Source: an uncultured Pseudomonadales bacterium (lineage in GTDB: Bacteria; Patescibacteriota; Microgenomatia; UBA1400; Chazhemtobacteraceae). From it: DNA of 64,000 bases. Under the pieces are notes generated by a model. That model ran no database searches, was not told where the DNA came from, and was given only the letters and a program-made list of their open reading frames with translations. The position numbers were made by a program, and so were the translations under genes. The DNA lies in contig CAZUBK010000005.1 in NCBI GenBank assembly GCA_964618725.1, forward strand, positions 11,569 to 75,568, written 5' to 3'. Of this stretch, positions 1 to 10,189 are shown piece after piece (positions within the stretch are counted from its first letter, which is position 1; every line of letters starts with the position of its first letter).

Positions 1-151
1 AGTTACCTCAACCGGCAAGATTCTTCGCCGAACTCCAGAGATGCGCCATCTTCGTCGCAACAAAACCAAAAAGCAAATTCGCCGCTACCGTCATTATGTC
101 CAAGTCCCTAAGGCTCTGGCTAAAAAAATTAGACGAATGCTCGGTATCTAA
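1..151 (+). CDS. rpmI: 50S ribosomal protein L35, 5'-partial
   Basis: Frame 2 reads VTSTGKILRRTPEMRHLRRNKTKKQIRRYRHYVQVPKALAKKIRRMLGI* (TAA 149-151); L35-like basic sequence directly upstream of rplT; not in the ORF track. Confidence 0.9.
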   Translation, partial: VTSTGKILRRTPEMRHLRRNKTKKQIRRYRHYVQVPKALAKKIRRMLGI

Positions 152-174
152 AAATCAATCATTAAATTCTCAAC

Positions 175-528
175 ATGCCACGAATAAAAACCGGACCAAC
201 CAGAAGAGCTAAGCACAAGAAGATCCTAACTGCCACCAAAGGCTATCGAATGACCAAAAGCCGTCTGATTAAAGTAGCCAAGGAAGCCGTACTCCATGCT
301 GGAGAATACGCTTTTTCCGGACGAAAGAAAAGAAAACAGGACTTCCGCAAACTCTGGATCATCAGAATCAACGCCGCCCTTAATAGCATTGAAGGTGCTC
401 CTAAGTATTCTCGATTTATCAAAGCCCTCTCGGACAAAAAAATTCTTCTCGACCGTAAGGTTCTCGCCCACTTCGCCGCCAAACAACCCTCTATTTTTCA
501 CAGTATCGTGAAGCAAGTAGATAAATAA
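175..528 (+). CDS. rplT: 50S ribosomal protein L20
   Basis: MPRIKTG...KGY...RKLWIIRINAA...YSRFI...LDRKVLA motifs. Confidence 0.97.
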   Translation: MPRIKTGPTRRAKHKKILTATKGYRMTKSRLIKVAKEAVLHAGEYAFSGRKKRKQDFRKLWIIRINAALNSIEGAPKYSRFIKALSDKKILLDRKVLAHFAAKQPSIFHSIVKQVDK

Positions 529-554
529 TCTATTCTCTGCTAAATTTAACCGAT

Positions 555-1040
555 ATGCCTCTCTTAAAGCACGAAATCAATTCACTGACTGAATTCCTCA
601 TCTCCAATCGACTAGCTACTATTGCCACTATTTCCCCCAACAATAAACCTCAGACCGCCCTCGTCTACTATATTTTTGACCAACCCAGTCGTAATATTTA
701 TATCCTCACCTACCAAAATAGTCGTAAATTAAAAAACCTAAGCATGAATTCAAGTATCGCCTTCCAAATTAGCCAAGAAGTCGAACCTAAAATCGTCCAA
801 ATTGACGGCGAGGCCACAGTTGTCAACGATCTTGCCCTCCAAACAGATATCATCAGTCGTCTTCCTCAAGTAGCAAACGCCAACCCAGCCTCAACTACCC
901 AACCTCCTCTTTTTTTTCTTTCCCATAAAAGCAATGTCGTCACCGTTAAGATAACCATTAACAGTTTCAAATATTCCGACTTTTCGCTTAACAAACCTTC
1001 AATTGTCACCGGAACTGGAAAAGACCTGAAAGGCAATTAA
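555..1040 (+). CDS. Pyridoxamine 5'-phosphate oxidase-like (split-barrel flavin-binding) protein
   Basis: LATI...P...VYY...IYILT..NSRKLKNL..N..IAF...VQIDGEA pattern of the PNPOx-like family. Confidence 0.75.
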   Translation: MPLLKHEINSLTEFLISNRLATIATISPNNKPQTALVYYIFDQPSRNIYILTYQNSRKLKNLSMNSSIAFQISQEVEPKIVQIDGEATVVNDLALQTDIISRLPQVANANPASTTQPPLFFLSHKSNVVTVKITINSFKYSDFSLNKPSIVTGTGKDLKGN

Positions 1041-1051
1041 TTATAACTACA

Positions 1052-2059
1052 ATGGAACTCCAGGAACTAGTTACTCAACTAAAACAGGAAGTTACTAAAA
1101 CACCTAGTAGGCAACAATTAGATCAGCTTCAAATAAAGTATCTTGGCCGTCAAGGTCTCCTCAACCAAATAATCAAAGCACTAAGTAAAGATGGGCTGAA
1201 AACTCAGGGTCACTTGATCAAGTTAACTAAGGAATCTCTCCAGAACCTACTCAACCAACGTCTAACTCAAATTAATCTTAATCTAAGTTCTCAAGCTGCC
1301 GACGTCACTATTCCAGGTATTCTTCCTCCAATTGGCCATCTTCATTTGATTACAAAAGCTATTGAAGAAATTAGCGAGATCTTTTTGTCATTGGGTTTTG
1401 TCAGACGCCGCTATCCCGAAATTGAAACCGACTGGTACTATGCGCAAGGCTTAAACATCCCCAAAGATCACCCTGCCCGTGATGATCAAGAAACTTTCTA
1501 TATCAATGACTCAGTAGTCCTAACAGCCCACACTAGTAACGGTCAACTTCGAGAGATGGAGCTAATGAAACATCCTCCCATCAAAATGATCAATATCGGC
1601 AAGACCTACCGTCGCCAAGCCAGCAACACTCACTCACCTATGTTTCATCAGTTTGAGGGATTACTGATCGACAAGGACATTAACATCACCCATCTTATTG
1701 CCATTAGTAATCACTTCGTTAAGAATTACTTCGGATCAGATCGCGAGATCCGCCTCCGCCCTCATCATTTCCAATTTACCGAACCTTCTTTTGAAGTCGA
1801 CATTAACTGTCATTTGTGTAAGGGTAGGGGAGAGATCGAGGGAGAAAAGTGCAGGGTTTGCAAATCCGGCTGGCTTGAACTCGGGGGAGCCGGTATGGTT
1901 CATCCAACTGTACTTAAAAACGGCAGTCTCGATCCAAACAAATATTCTGGTTGTGCCTTCGGTTGGGGAGTCGAACGCGTCATCATGATGAAACATTCCA
2001 TCACTGACAATCTTCGTGATCTTTACTCTGTCGATTTACGCTTCTTAAACCAATCATAG
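1052..2059 (+). CDS. pheS: Phenylalanine--tRNA ligase alpha subunit
   Basis: HPARDDQETF, HSPMFHQFEGL, FTEPSFEVD, AFGWGVER motifs; CxxC...CxxC insert. Confidence 0.97.
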   Translation: MELQELVTQLKQEVTKTPSRQQLDQLQIKYLGRQGLLNQIIKALSKDGLKTQGHLIKLTKESLQNLLNQRLTQINLNLSSQAADVTIPGILPPIGHLHLITKAIEEISEIFLSLGFVRRRYPEIETDWYYAQGLNIPKDHPARDDQETFYINDSVVLTAHTSNGQLREMELMKHPPIKMINIGKTYRRQASNTHSPMFHQFEGLLIDKDINITHLIAISNHFVKNYFGSDREIRLRPHHFQFTEPSFEVDINCHLCKGRGEIEGEKCRVCKSGWLELGGAGMVHPTVLKNGSLDPNKYSGCAFGWGVERVIMMKHSITDNLRDLYSVDLRFLNQS

Positions 2060-2072
2060 ATCTCGCACTAAA

Positions 2073-4058
2073 ATGGATATCAAACTTACCCACACTCTTC
2101 TTTCTGACTATCTTAAAACCTCCGCCACACCTCAAGAGATAGCTGACTCATTGTCACTTTGTGGTCCTACTGTCGATCGCCTACACAAAATCGAATCCGA
2201 AACCATCTACGATATCGAAATCATTACCAACCGAATCGATTCCGCCAGTGCTTTCGGTGTCGCCCGTGAAGCAGCCGCCATCCTCCCCCAATTCGACCAT
2301 CAAACCAAACTGATAAACAATCCACAGCAACTTTCATTAAATGATCTGGGTGACTTACCTGATAACCCGCCTGTTACAGTCCAGATTCTTGACCAAAGTC
2401 TCATACCTCGTTTTACCGCCATCGCTCTGGAAATCGAGATCAAACCCTCTCCAACCCGCACTAAGAAACTTCTCGAACACGTGAACCAACGTCCCCTCAA
2501 CAATATCATCGACGTTACCAATGAATTGACGCTTCGTTTCGGCCAACCCACACACGTCTTTGACCTAGACAAAATCAAGGGAAATCTTATGAAACTGCGC
2601 CAAAGCAAGAAGGGTGAGACGATTACTACTCTGGATGGTAAAATCCACACTCTCAAAGGCGGTGACATTATCATTGAAGACGGCAGCGGTAACCTCATCG
2701 ACCTGTGTGGTATCATGGGTGGGATTTTGAGTGCAGTCGATCAATCAACCAAACGGATCCTTTTCTTTGTTCAAAACTATGATGGAAAAAGAATTCGTAG
2801 AACCTCGCTCTACACCCAACAAAGGACCCTTGCCGCCCAAATCTTTGAGAAATCTCCCGATCCAGAAATGGTTCTCCCCACCTTACTTGCCGGAGTCAAT
2901 CTCTTCCGACAACATGCTAATGCCAAAATTATCAGCAACCTCATTGACATTTACCCTAACCCTCCTAAAACAAAAATCCTTAAGTTAAATATTCACTGGC
3001 TAACTAAGTTTATCGGCATCGATATCCCCTCCAAACAAGTAGAACAGATCCTGTCCACACTCGGCTTTGAAACCAAAATTATAGATAAAACTGCCACAGT
3101 CACTGTTCCAACTTGGCGTCTTCATGATATCTCAATCAAAGAAGATCTGGCCGAAGAAATCGCCCGCGTGATCGGCTACTTCCGCCTTCCCTCGGTTCTC
3201 CCCCCCACCACACTGCCTCAAACTCAAACAGATCCGCTCCTTAAGTATGAGTTGGTGGCAAGAAAGTATCTTTCTCATTTGGGCTTTACTGAAATATATA
3301 ACTATGCCTTAACCGGAAAACAACTTTTCGAGAAAACAAATCTCTCCGTTCCAAACATAAAAGTCAACAATCCTCTGTCGAGAGATTTTGAATACATGCG
3401 TACTTCACTTCTTCCTAGTCTTCTTTTTGATCTTGAGCAAAATACGGGAAAAGCTGAACCACCCTTTCGTCTATTCGAACTGAGTAATATCTATCTTCCT
3501 CAAAACGACAGTCTCCTCCCTCAAGAGATATCTACCTTGGCTCTAGTCACACAAGGTCTCGATTTTTTAACCACCAAAGGATATATTGAGGCCCTCTTCA
3601 GCTCACTTCATCTGCCCGTCGACTTTAGCCCGCTTAAACGCGATATTCCTCCTTTTATAGCTCCGCAATCAGCTGAAATAACTATCGCAAATCAAGTGGT
3701 AGGCCATATTGGACCAGTGATGCCTAAAGTGGCTGACCAATTTCAACTTAATTCCTGTATTATCGCCGAGCTTAATTTTCAAAGCCTCTCTTCGTTAATC
3801 GATCCAATTCTCCATTTCAAAGCAATATCGGCATATCCTTCCATCCTGGCCGATCTCACCCTTAAATCAATCAAACCTGTAGGTCTTCTTCTCAAACAGC
3901 TACAATTTTCCCACCCACAGCTTACTGCAGTGACCTATCTTGACTCCTATCAAAACAAACATACCTTCAGACTAGAATTCACTAGTTTCACTGACAACCT
4001 CACCAAAGACTTTGTCGAAGTGGCCAAAGACCAAATAGTCGAGAATCTTAAATTGTAA
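2073..4058 (+). CDS. pheT: Phenylalanine--tRNA ligase beta subunit (short form, no B2 OB domain)
   Basis: EIITNRID, NNIIDVTN, GQPTHVFD, VPTWRLHDI..EDLAEEIARVIGY, MRTSLLPSLL; follows pheS. Confidence 0.95.
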   Translation: MDIKLTHTLLSDYLKTSATPQEIADSLSLCGPTVDRLHKIESETIYDIEIITNRIDSASAFGVAREAAAILPQFDHQTKLINNPQQLSLNDLGDLPDNPPVTVQILDQSLIPRFTAIALEIEIKPSPTRTKKLLEHVNQRPLNNIIDVTNELTLRFGQPTHVFDLDKIKGNLMKLRQSKKGETITTLDGKIHTLKGGDIIIEDGSGNLIDLCGIMGGILSAVDQSTKRILFFVQNYDGKRIRRTSLYTQQRTLAAQIFEKSPDPEMVLPTLLAGVNLFRQHANAKIISNLIDIYPNPPKTKILKLNIHWLTKFIGIDIPSKQVEQILSTLGFETKIIDKTATVTVPTWRLHDISIKEDLAEEIARVIGYFRLPSVLPPTTLPQTQTDPLLKYELVARKYLSHLGFTEIYNYALTGKQLFEKTNLSVPNIKVNNPLSRDFEYMRTSLLPSLLFDLEQNTGKAEPPFRLFELSNIYLPQNDSLLPQEISTLALVTQGLDFLTTKGYIEALFSSLHLPVDFSPLKRDIPPFIAPQSAEITIANQVVGHIGPVMPKVADQFQLNSCIIAELNFQSLSSLIDPILHFKAISAYPSILADLTLKSIKPVGLLLKQLQFSHPQLTAVTYLDSYQNKHTFRLEFTSFTDNLTKDFVEVAKDQIVENLKL

Positions 4059-4061
4059 ATT

Positions 4062-6644
4062 TCAAGGAATCAAAGTAGGATTAGGCGTTGGAGTTGGAGT
4101 TGACACCACTGCTTCCTGATTAACACCAAAAGTGACAGTCGCTTCATTCTCAATCCCCGCTGAGTTTCTTGCCTTCACCTTTAATTCATAAACTCCATTT
4201 TCAAGAACAAAAGATCTCTCATAAGGCGGCGTGTCAAAGCGATGCTCTCTACTCCCATTCAGATATACGTCTACCCACTCAATTTTCTCGTTTGAGGCAA
4301 CTGACACTTTGATTTTAACTTCATTACCTTCGATCCTACTGCTACTAGTCGGTTCTTCTATTTTAATTCCAATGCTCTTGGTATCACCGCAATACTCCAT
4401 TGGTGGATGAAATTTGTCATCAGTCTGCTCCGACAACCATCGATCTATTGTTTTTTGCCACAAGTTATCCGCTGTCAATGGATCTTCCTCTCTCACATAG
4501 ATGTATTCGGCTCTATCAAAATTGTTTTCCGCAATCTGGACCTTATTTGCCAACTTAGTCGGATCTCCAGGACAAACCTCTATTTTGCGATGAATTGGAT
4601 CATCAGCCGTCGGCAACGTCCCTTTTACCACCCATTCCTTATAACTTGGAAAATCATCATGAGCCTGGTACCCCGAAACCAGATCCAAATCTACCTGTTC
4701 AACTCCACCAGGTTGCTCAAACTCCTGATCTCCAAAAGCCGTTATCACTTCAAGAATCTGACGTCGCCAGATAGGGGAAGCCCCCGACACTCCTGAAGCC
4801 ACCTGTTTCATCTGACTATTATCATTGTTTCCCACCCAGACCCCTACCACCATTTTTCTCGTCCAACCCACAGCCCAATTATCTCGTCTATCATTTGTCG
4901 TTCCCGTCTTCACCGCTACGTTACGCCCCGATAGATTAAGTAAACTATTTGGCCCGAATGTCAAAAGCCTCGCCTTATTGTCTGACAAAATCGAATTAAT
5001 CAAGAACGCCGATTGTTCACTCAAGATTCTCTTTTTACCCGATTGCTTATGTTCAAAAAGAGTCTTCCCGTTTTTATCCTCAACCCGCAAGATACTTACC
5101 GGTTCTACTTTAAACCCCGAATTTGCAAAACTCGCATAAGCCGACGTCATATCCAAAAGTCTCACCTCACCCCCTCCCAGAGTTAGCGACAAACCAATGC
5201 GTCTTAAGTTTTCGTTTGTCGGCTCTAGAGTGGTTAAACCCATCTCGTATGCCATCTTCAAAGTATCCCTGACCCCAACTAATGCCAGCAATTTTACCGC
5301 CGGAATGTTGAGTGAGCTACCCAAAGCTTCTCTTAAGTGTACCAATCCATGTTCTTTACCGTCATAGTTCTCTGGCACATAAAACGGCTTCTCTGGATCC
5401 CCAGTAGGAAACTCTGTTACCACATCGGCTATCACTCGTCCCGGCCACATACCCTTCTCAAATGCCGTCACATATGTTACCGGTTTTATTGACGACCCAG
5501 GTTGTCTGGAACTCAAAGCTACATTGACTTGACCATCTCCTTCTTTATCAAAAAAGTCTTTTGATCCAACCATACTCAAAATCTCTCCCGTTTCGACATC
5601 AATTATCACACTCGACCCATTTGTAATATGATGACTCTCAACCACTTTTTCTATTTCCTCAGCCACAATCTGTTGAGCTTTGTCTTGTAACTCCCAATCA
5701 ATAGAGGTTGTCACTTTAAGGCCCCCTCCTGCCACCAACTCCTCCCCATACATCTCGTTCAGCTTATCTCGCACATACATTACAAAATGAGGCGCTTTAA
5801 TCGTTGACCCAGCAGGTCTAAAGCTTGCTCCTGCCAATTCAGACAATACTTGTTTTTCCTGCACCGGAGTAATATATCCATCTTCCCGCATCCTCCTTGC
5901 CACATCTGTCGCTCTATTAACATAGGCCAACGGATCCTTGCCATACGGGCTATATCTACTTGGAGCTTGAGGCATACCGGCTAGAATGATTGACTCCGTT
6001 AAATTCAGTTCCTCTGGTTTCTTACTAAAGTATTGCTCGGCTGCCGAAGCAATTCCCCAGGCGGTACCACCATATGGCGCTTCATTCAAATACATTTGTA
6101 GGATCTCATCCTTGGTAAACTTTCTCTCAATCTGAACCGCCAGAACTAGTTCTTTTACCTTTCTCGAAAGACGTCTCTCGCTCGTCAACAAGACATTTTT
6201 CACCAGCTGCTGAGTTAAAGTTGACCCTCCAATTATTCTTTGCCTAAACACAACATTCTTCAATATCCTAAGAAAGGCTAATGGATCAAAACCTTGGTGT
6301 TTGTAGAAATCCTTATCCTCAATCGAAATAGTCGCTTGCTTAAGTGGAGCCGGAATCTGATCTAGTGGAGTAAATGTCCGATTCTCATCCTCATAGACAT
6401 CGAAAAGCACTGTCTCTCCAGTCCGATCAAGAATCTGAGTCGAAAATCCCTCCTTTCGTTGAATCGAATTAGGATCAGGCAAATCCCTGGAATACCAAAC
6501 GAAGGCAACTGTGGACAGAACGGTTCCCCCAAGCAATCCGAAAAAAACCAATTTCGCCAAGCTTGCCATGCTCAATCTTCCAAACACTCCCATTATTCCT
6601 GATCCTCTCCTTCTCTGCCGACCCAAACGTCCAAAACGACTCAT
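4062..6644 (-). CDS. Class A penicillin-binding protein (transglycosylase + transpeptidase, C-terminal Ig-like domain)
   Basis: EDKDFYKHQG, GGSTLTQQLVKN, RKVKE..LA, QPGSSIKP (SxxK), SLN, KTGT. Confidence 0.95.
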   Translation of the reverse strand: MSRFGRLGRQRRRGSGIMGVFGRLSMASLAKLVFFGLLGGTVLSTVAFVWYSRDLPDPNSIQRKEGFSTQILDRTGETVLFDVYEDENRTFTPLDQIPAPLKQATISIEDKDFYKHQGFDPLAFLRILKNVVFRQRIIGGSTLTQQLVKNVLLTSERRLSRKVKELVLAVQIERKFTKDEILQMYLNEAPYGGTAWGIASAAEQYFSKKPEELNLTESIILAGMPQAPSRYSPYGKDPLAYVNRATDVARRMREDGYITPVQEKQVLSELAGASFRPAGSTIKAPHFVMYVRDKLNEMYGEELVAGGGLKVTTSIDWELQDKAQQIVAEEIEKVVESHHITNGSSVIIDVETGEILSMVGSKDFFDKEGDGQVNVALSSRQPGSSIKPVTYVTAFEKGMWPGRVIADVVTEFPTGDPEKPFYVPENYDGKEHGLVHLREALGSSLNIPAVKLLALVGVRDTLKMAYEMGLTTLEPTNENLRRIGLSLTLGGGEVRLLDMTSAYASFANSGFKVEPVSILRVEDKNGKTLFEHKQSGKKRILSEQSAFLINSILSDNKARLLTFGPNSLLNLSGRNVAVKTGTTNDRRDNWAVGWTRKMVVGVWVGNNDNSQMKQVASGVSGASPIWRRQILEVITAFGDQEFEQPGGVEQVDLDLVSGYQAHDDFPSYKEWVVKGTLPTADDPIHRKIEVCPGDPTKLANKVQIAENNFDRAEYIYVREEDPLTADNLWQKTIDRWLSEQTDDKFHPPMEYCGDTKSIGIKIEEPTSSSRIEGNEVKIKVSVASNEKIEWVDVYLNGSREHRFDTPPYERSFVLENGVYELKVKARNSAGIENEATVTFGVNQEAVVSTPTPTPNPTLIP

Positions 6645-6694
6645 TACTTCATTCTACCACCTCATTCCCACCAAAGTGGTACAATTTACCCATG
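6642..6694. promoter_or_regulatory. Back-to-back extended -10 promoters, each 6 nt from a start codon (leaderless PBP and tyrS)
   Basis: + strand TGG-TACAAT(6680-6685)-ttaccc-ATG(6692); - strand TGG-TAGAAT(6656-6651)-gaagta-ATG(6644). Confidence 0.75.
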
Positions 6695-7867
6695 AATGAT
6701 CAATTAAGTGATCTCCTGACTCGTGGCGTTGCCAACATTATTCCTTCGGCAGAAGCCCTTAATACCCGTCTTCATTCCCTTCCTAAACTTAATGTCTACT
6801 TTGGTATTGATCCTACTTCCACCAATATTCATTTAGGTCATGCCTTTCCCTTAAGAAAACTTCAAACTCTTCTCGATCTGAACCACAATATTACCTTTCT
6901 CATCGGTGACTTCACCGCCCTAGTAGGGGATACTTCCGACAAAGAATCAGAAAGACCCATTCTAACCCCGCAAGAAATAGAGAGTAATTTTAAAACCTAC
7001 AAAACTCAAGCTGAGAAGTTCTTAGACTTTTCCAAAGTCAAAGTTGTTCACAACAGCGAATGGTTATCTGAACTTACTTTTAAAGAATTAATTCACTTAA
7101 CTCAGCAATTCTCCCTTAATGACTTTATCGGTCGCGAGCTCATTAAGAAACGTCTTGACACCGGCAAACATATCCGCCTCGACGAAACTCTATACCCTCT
7201 TATGCAAGGATACGATTCATATATTCTGGATGCAGATCTCCAACTCGGTGGCACTGATCAAACCTTCAACATGCAAGCCGGCCGAACTCTTCTTAAAAAT
7301 CTCAAACACAAAGAGTCCTTTATTATCGCCAACGAATTCTTAACCGGTATTGATGGAAGAAAAATGAGCAAATCCTGGGGAAATGCCATTTTGTTAACCG
7401 ATACTCCAGAGGATATCTATGGGAAAATAATGTCTATCAAAGATGAGCTCATCACCGAATACTTCACTCTCGCCACCAATATTTCTTTAACGGAAATTGA
7501 CCAAATCAAAAAGACTCTCAAAGAAGGCTATCTTAAACCATTAGAAGCTAAAAAGAGACTTGCCCTCCAAGTCACTCAAGAACTTCATAATGAGGTCCTC
7601 GCCAAACAGGCGGAGGACCACTTTGAAAGTCTTTACCAAAAAAACAAACCGGAGGAACTAAGTTGGAACGGACCACGAGTTCTCACTTCACTTGCTACCA
7701 CTAATATCCTCGCTCCAAGCTTAAGTAATTCAGAAGCTAAACGACTTATCACTCAAGGCTCCTTCAAGTTCAATGGAGAAAAGATCACCGACCCCACCAT
7801 GCTAATCTCACTCAAATCAGGAACAGTTCTCAGCCTGGGTAAACATATTTTGAAACAGATAAAGTAA
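6692..7867 (+). CDS. tyrS: Tyrosine--tRNA ligase
   Basis: GIDPT..IHLGH (HIGH), YPLMQGYD, GGTDQ, KMSKS; start moved to ATG 6692 because the ORF-track start overlaps the PBP gene. Confidence 0.96.
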   Translation: MNDQLSDLLTRGVANIIPSAEALNTRLHSLPKLNVYFGIDPTSTNIHLGHAFPLRKLQTLLDLNHNITFLIGDFTALVGDTSDKESERPILTPQEIESNFKTYKTQAEKFLDFSKVKVVHNSEWLSELTFKELIHLTQQFSLNDFIGRELIKKRLDTGKHIRLDETLYPLMQGYDSYILDADLQLGGTDQTFNMQAGRTLLKNLKHKESFIIANEFLTGIDGRKMSKSWGNAILLTDTPEDIYGKIMSIKDELITEYFTLATNISLTEIDQIKKTLKEGYLKPLEAKKRLALQVTQELHNEVLAKQAEDHFESLYQKNKPEELSWNGPRVLTSLATTNILAPSLSNSEAKRLITQGSFKFNGEKITDPTMLISLKSGTVLSLGKHILKQIK

Positions 7868-7972
7868 ATGTACCTCAGTAAAAGACAACGCCGCCTTTTC
7901 TCTGTTATCATCTTCATTTCTTCTCTCGCCCTCCTCATATCTTCCTTACTCCCCATGTTTCTCTCCTTGTAG
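7868..7972 (+). CDS. Small single-TM membrane protein (34 aa)
   Basis: MYLSKRQRRLFSVIIFISSLALLISSLLPMFLSL*; ATG abuts the tyrS stop and the ORF fills the tyrS-recG gap. Confidence 0.65.
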   Translation: MYLSKRQRRLFSVIIFISSLALLISSLLPMFLSL

Positions 7973-7982
7973 ATTGATCTCC

Positions 7983-9989
7983 ATGGAAATCAACAATCCC
8001 ATCACCTTTCTTCCCGGAGTAGGGGACTCTTTTGCCAAAAGGCTCGAGAAACTCAACATTCACACCATTCAGGATCTACTGAAACACTTTCCCACTCGCT
8101 ACGACGACCTGAGTAAAATCTCAACCATTAGCCAACTTGCCCCAGACCGAGTTGCCTGCATCAAGGCCAAAATAATCAATTTTCAAAACATAAAAACCAA
8201 ATCGTCCTTAACTCTTCAAAAGGCAACTCTAGAAGACGCAACAGGAGAAACCGTCGCCACTTGGTTCAACCAACCCTTTCTAAACTCCGTTATAAAGAGA
8301 GGGGATGAATTTTTTTTCGCCGGTAAAGTTACTCAATTTAGAAACCAGTTTGCCTTAACCAGTCCTGACTTTGAGCCTGTTAGAGAAGTTCCTCTCCATA
8401 CCGGTCGAATCATCCCTATCTACAACGAAACCAGAGGCATCAGCAGTAAATGGCTCCGAAACAAAATCTATTTCATTCTGAATTGTCTTAAAATAGAAGA
8501 TCCCATCTCCGACTCTCTTCTCCCCACTGACTTCTATTCTCAAAATCAAAGTCTCCAACAAATCCATTTCCCTGATACGCTAGCCCACCAACAACAAGCA
8601 GAGAAGCGCCTGGCCTTTAATGAGCTACTCGCCATCAACCTCAAGTCAGAGCTAACTAAAAAAAACTGGCAAAAAAGAATCGCCCTTCCAATAAAGATAG
8701 ATTCAGTGCTCCATAAACAATTTCTCAACTCACTTCCTTTTTTACTTACTCCTGACCAAAAAAAAACAATTAAACATATCTCTCTCGACATCCAAAAGAC
8801 CATCCCTATGAATCGACTCCTTCAAGGTGAGGTCGGCTCTGGTAAAACAGTTGTTGCCGCCGCCGCTGCCTTACATACACTCAAACACGGTCTTATGGTA
8901 GTCCTCATCGCCCCAACACAAGTCCTTGCCAACCAACATTTTGAAACTCTTACAACTTTCCTTAAGCCTTTTTGCATCTCTCCACTTCTGTTAACTGGTC
9001 AAACTAGTAAAAATACCTCTCTTGACACATCTCCTTTTATCATCGGTACCCATGCCATCCTCTATCGATCAAAATTAAACAAATATCCCAACCTAGGCCT
9101 CGTCATTATCGACGAACAACATCGTTTTGGTGTCCTAGAACGCTCCCATTTCCTCAATTCAGAGACTACTCCTCATATCTTAACCATGAGTGCCACTCCT
9201 ATTCCTCGAACAATTGCACTTTCCCAGTATGGACATTTAAAAATCAGTAATATCAAGACATTCCCCACCGGTCGGAAAAAAATCAAAACCTTTGTCGTCC
9301 CGGACCAAAAAAGACAAAAGGCTTACGAATGGATTCAAAACCAGATTAAGACCGGCCAACAAGCCTTCATCGTCTGTCCGTTTATTAAGATATCTCAACA
9401 CGAAACGCTCAAGGGCGTCAAAGCCGCCACCTCTGAATTCAAAAGACTCCAACTCATCTTTCCTAAGCTCAAACTCGCTCTCCTCCATGGCCGCCTCGAC
9501 GCCAAAAGCAAAGACCAAGTTCTCACTGATTTCAAAAACAAAAGGAGTGATATACTTGTCACCACTCCGGTCATCGAAGTCGGCATCGATATCAAAAACG
9601 CTACCATAATGGTCATCGAAGATGCATCTCGTTTTGGCCTGGCTCAGCTCCACCAACTAAGAGGACGTGTTGGTCGCGGAGAGAAACAATCATACTGTTT
9701 CCTTTTTAGCCAAGAGAGTGACTCTCTTCCTCGTCTCAAATTACTTGAAAAACACCACAACGGACTCAAGCTTTCTTTACTCGATCTCAAACTACGCGGA
9801 GCCGGACAACTTTTTGGTACATCCCAAAGCGGCCATCTCGATACTCAATTTGATTATTTTTGGGACAAAACTCTTTCTCAACTCAGCGTGCGCATATCCC
9901 ATAAAGTTACAAACGACAATCCTCTTCTGGCTAAAGAAATCCTAGAGCAACTAGATCCCCAACTTGCAAATTTAGACGGCTTGAACTAA
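7983..9989 (+). CDS. recG: ATP-dependent DNA helicase RecG
   Basis: MNRLLQGEVGSGKT, DEQHRFGV, MSATPIPRT, RFGLAQLHQLRGRVGRG, DLKLRGAG. Confidence 0.97.
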   Translation: MEINNPITFLPGVGDSFAKRLEKLNIHTIQDLLKHFPTRYDDLSKISTISQLAPDRVACIKAKIINFQNIKTKSSLTLQKATLEDATGETVATWFNQPFLNSVIKRGDEFFFAGKVTQFRNQFALTSPDFEPVREVPLHTGRIIPIYNETRGISSKWLRNKIYFILNCLKIEDPISDSLLPTDFYSQNQSLQQIHFPDTLAHQQQAEKRLAFNELLAINLKSELTKKNWQKRIALPIKIDSVLHKQFLNSLPFLLTPDQKKTIKHISLDIQKTIPMNRLLQGEVGSGKTVVAAAAALHTLKHGLMVVLIAPTQVLANQHFETLTTFLKPFCISPLLLTGQTSKNTSLDTSPFIIGTHAILYRSKLNKYPNLGLVIIDEQHRFGVLERSHFLNSETTPHILTMSATPIPRTIALSQYGHLKISNIKTFPTGRKKIKTFVVPDQKRQKAYEWIQNQIKTGQQAFIVCPFIKISQHETLKGVKAATSEFKRLQLIFPKLKLALLHGRLDAKSKDQVLTDFKNKRSDILVTTPVIEVGIDIKNATIMVIEDASRFGLAQLHQLRGRVGRGEKQSYCFLFSQESDSLPRLKLLEKHHNGLKLSLLDLKLRGAGQLFGTSQSGHLDTQFDYFWDKTLSQLSVRISHKVTNDNPLLAKEILEQLDPQLANLDGLN

Positions 9990-10027
9990 AATAATCCTAA
10001 ATCTTTATTTTTTATCTATTTCTTTTC

Positions 10028-10177
10028 ATGGCACCACTACCTAAAAGAAGACACTCAACCAGAAGAGGAGGCAAACGTTGGGCAGCCAAAATTGAACAAT
10101 TCAAAAGAAGTATTCTCAATCTTGATCTGTTGAGCAACAAGAACAAACATCTTCGCTCAATTACTTCTAACAAGTAA
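10028..10177 (+). CDS. rpmF: 50S ribosomal protein L32 (cysteine-free variant)
   Basis: MAPLPKRRHSTRRGGKRW N-terminus typical of L32; lies upstream of nusB-rnc; not in the ORF track. Confidence 0.8.
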   Translation: MAPLPKRRHSTRRGGKRWAAKIEQFKRSILNLDLLSNKNKHLRSITSNK

Positions 10178-10189
10178 AACTTTACTCAC

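Noticed and set aside
6563-6691. N-terminal extension of TyrS
   Set aside because: Overlaps the divergent PBP gene and both promoters
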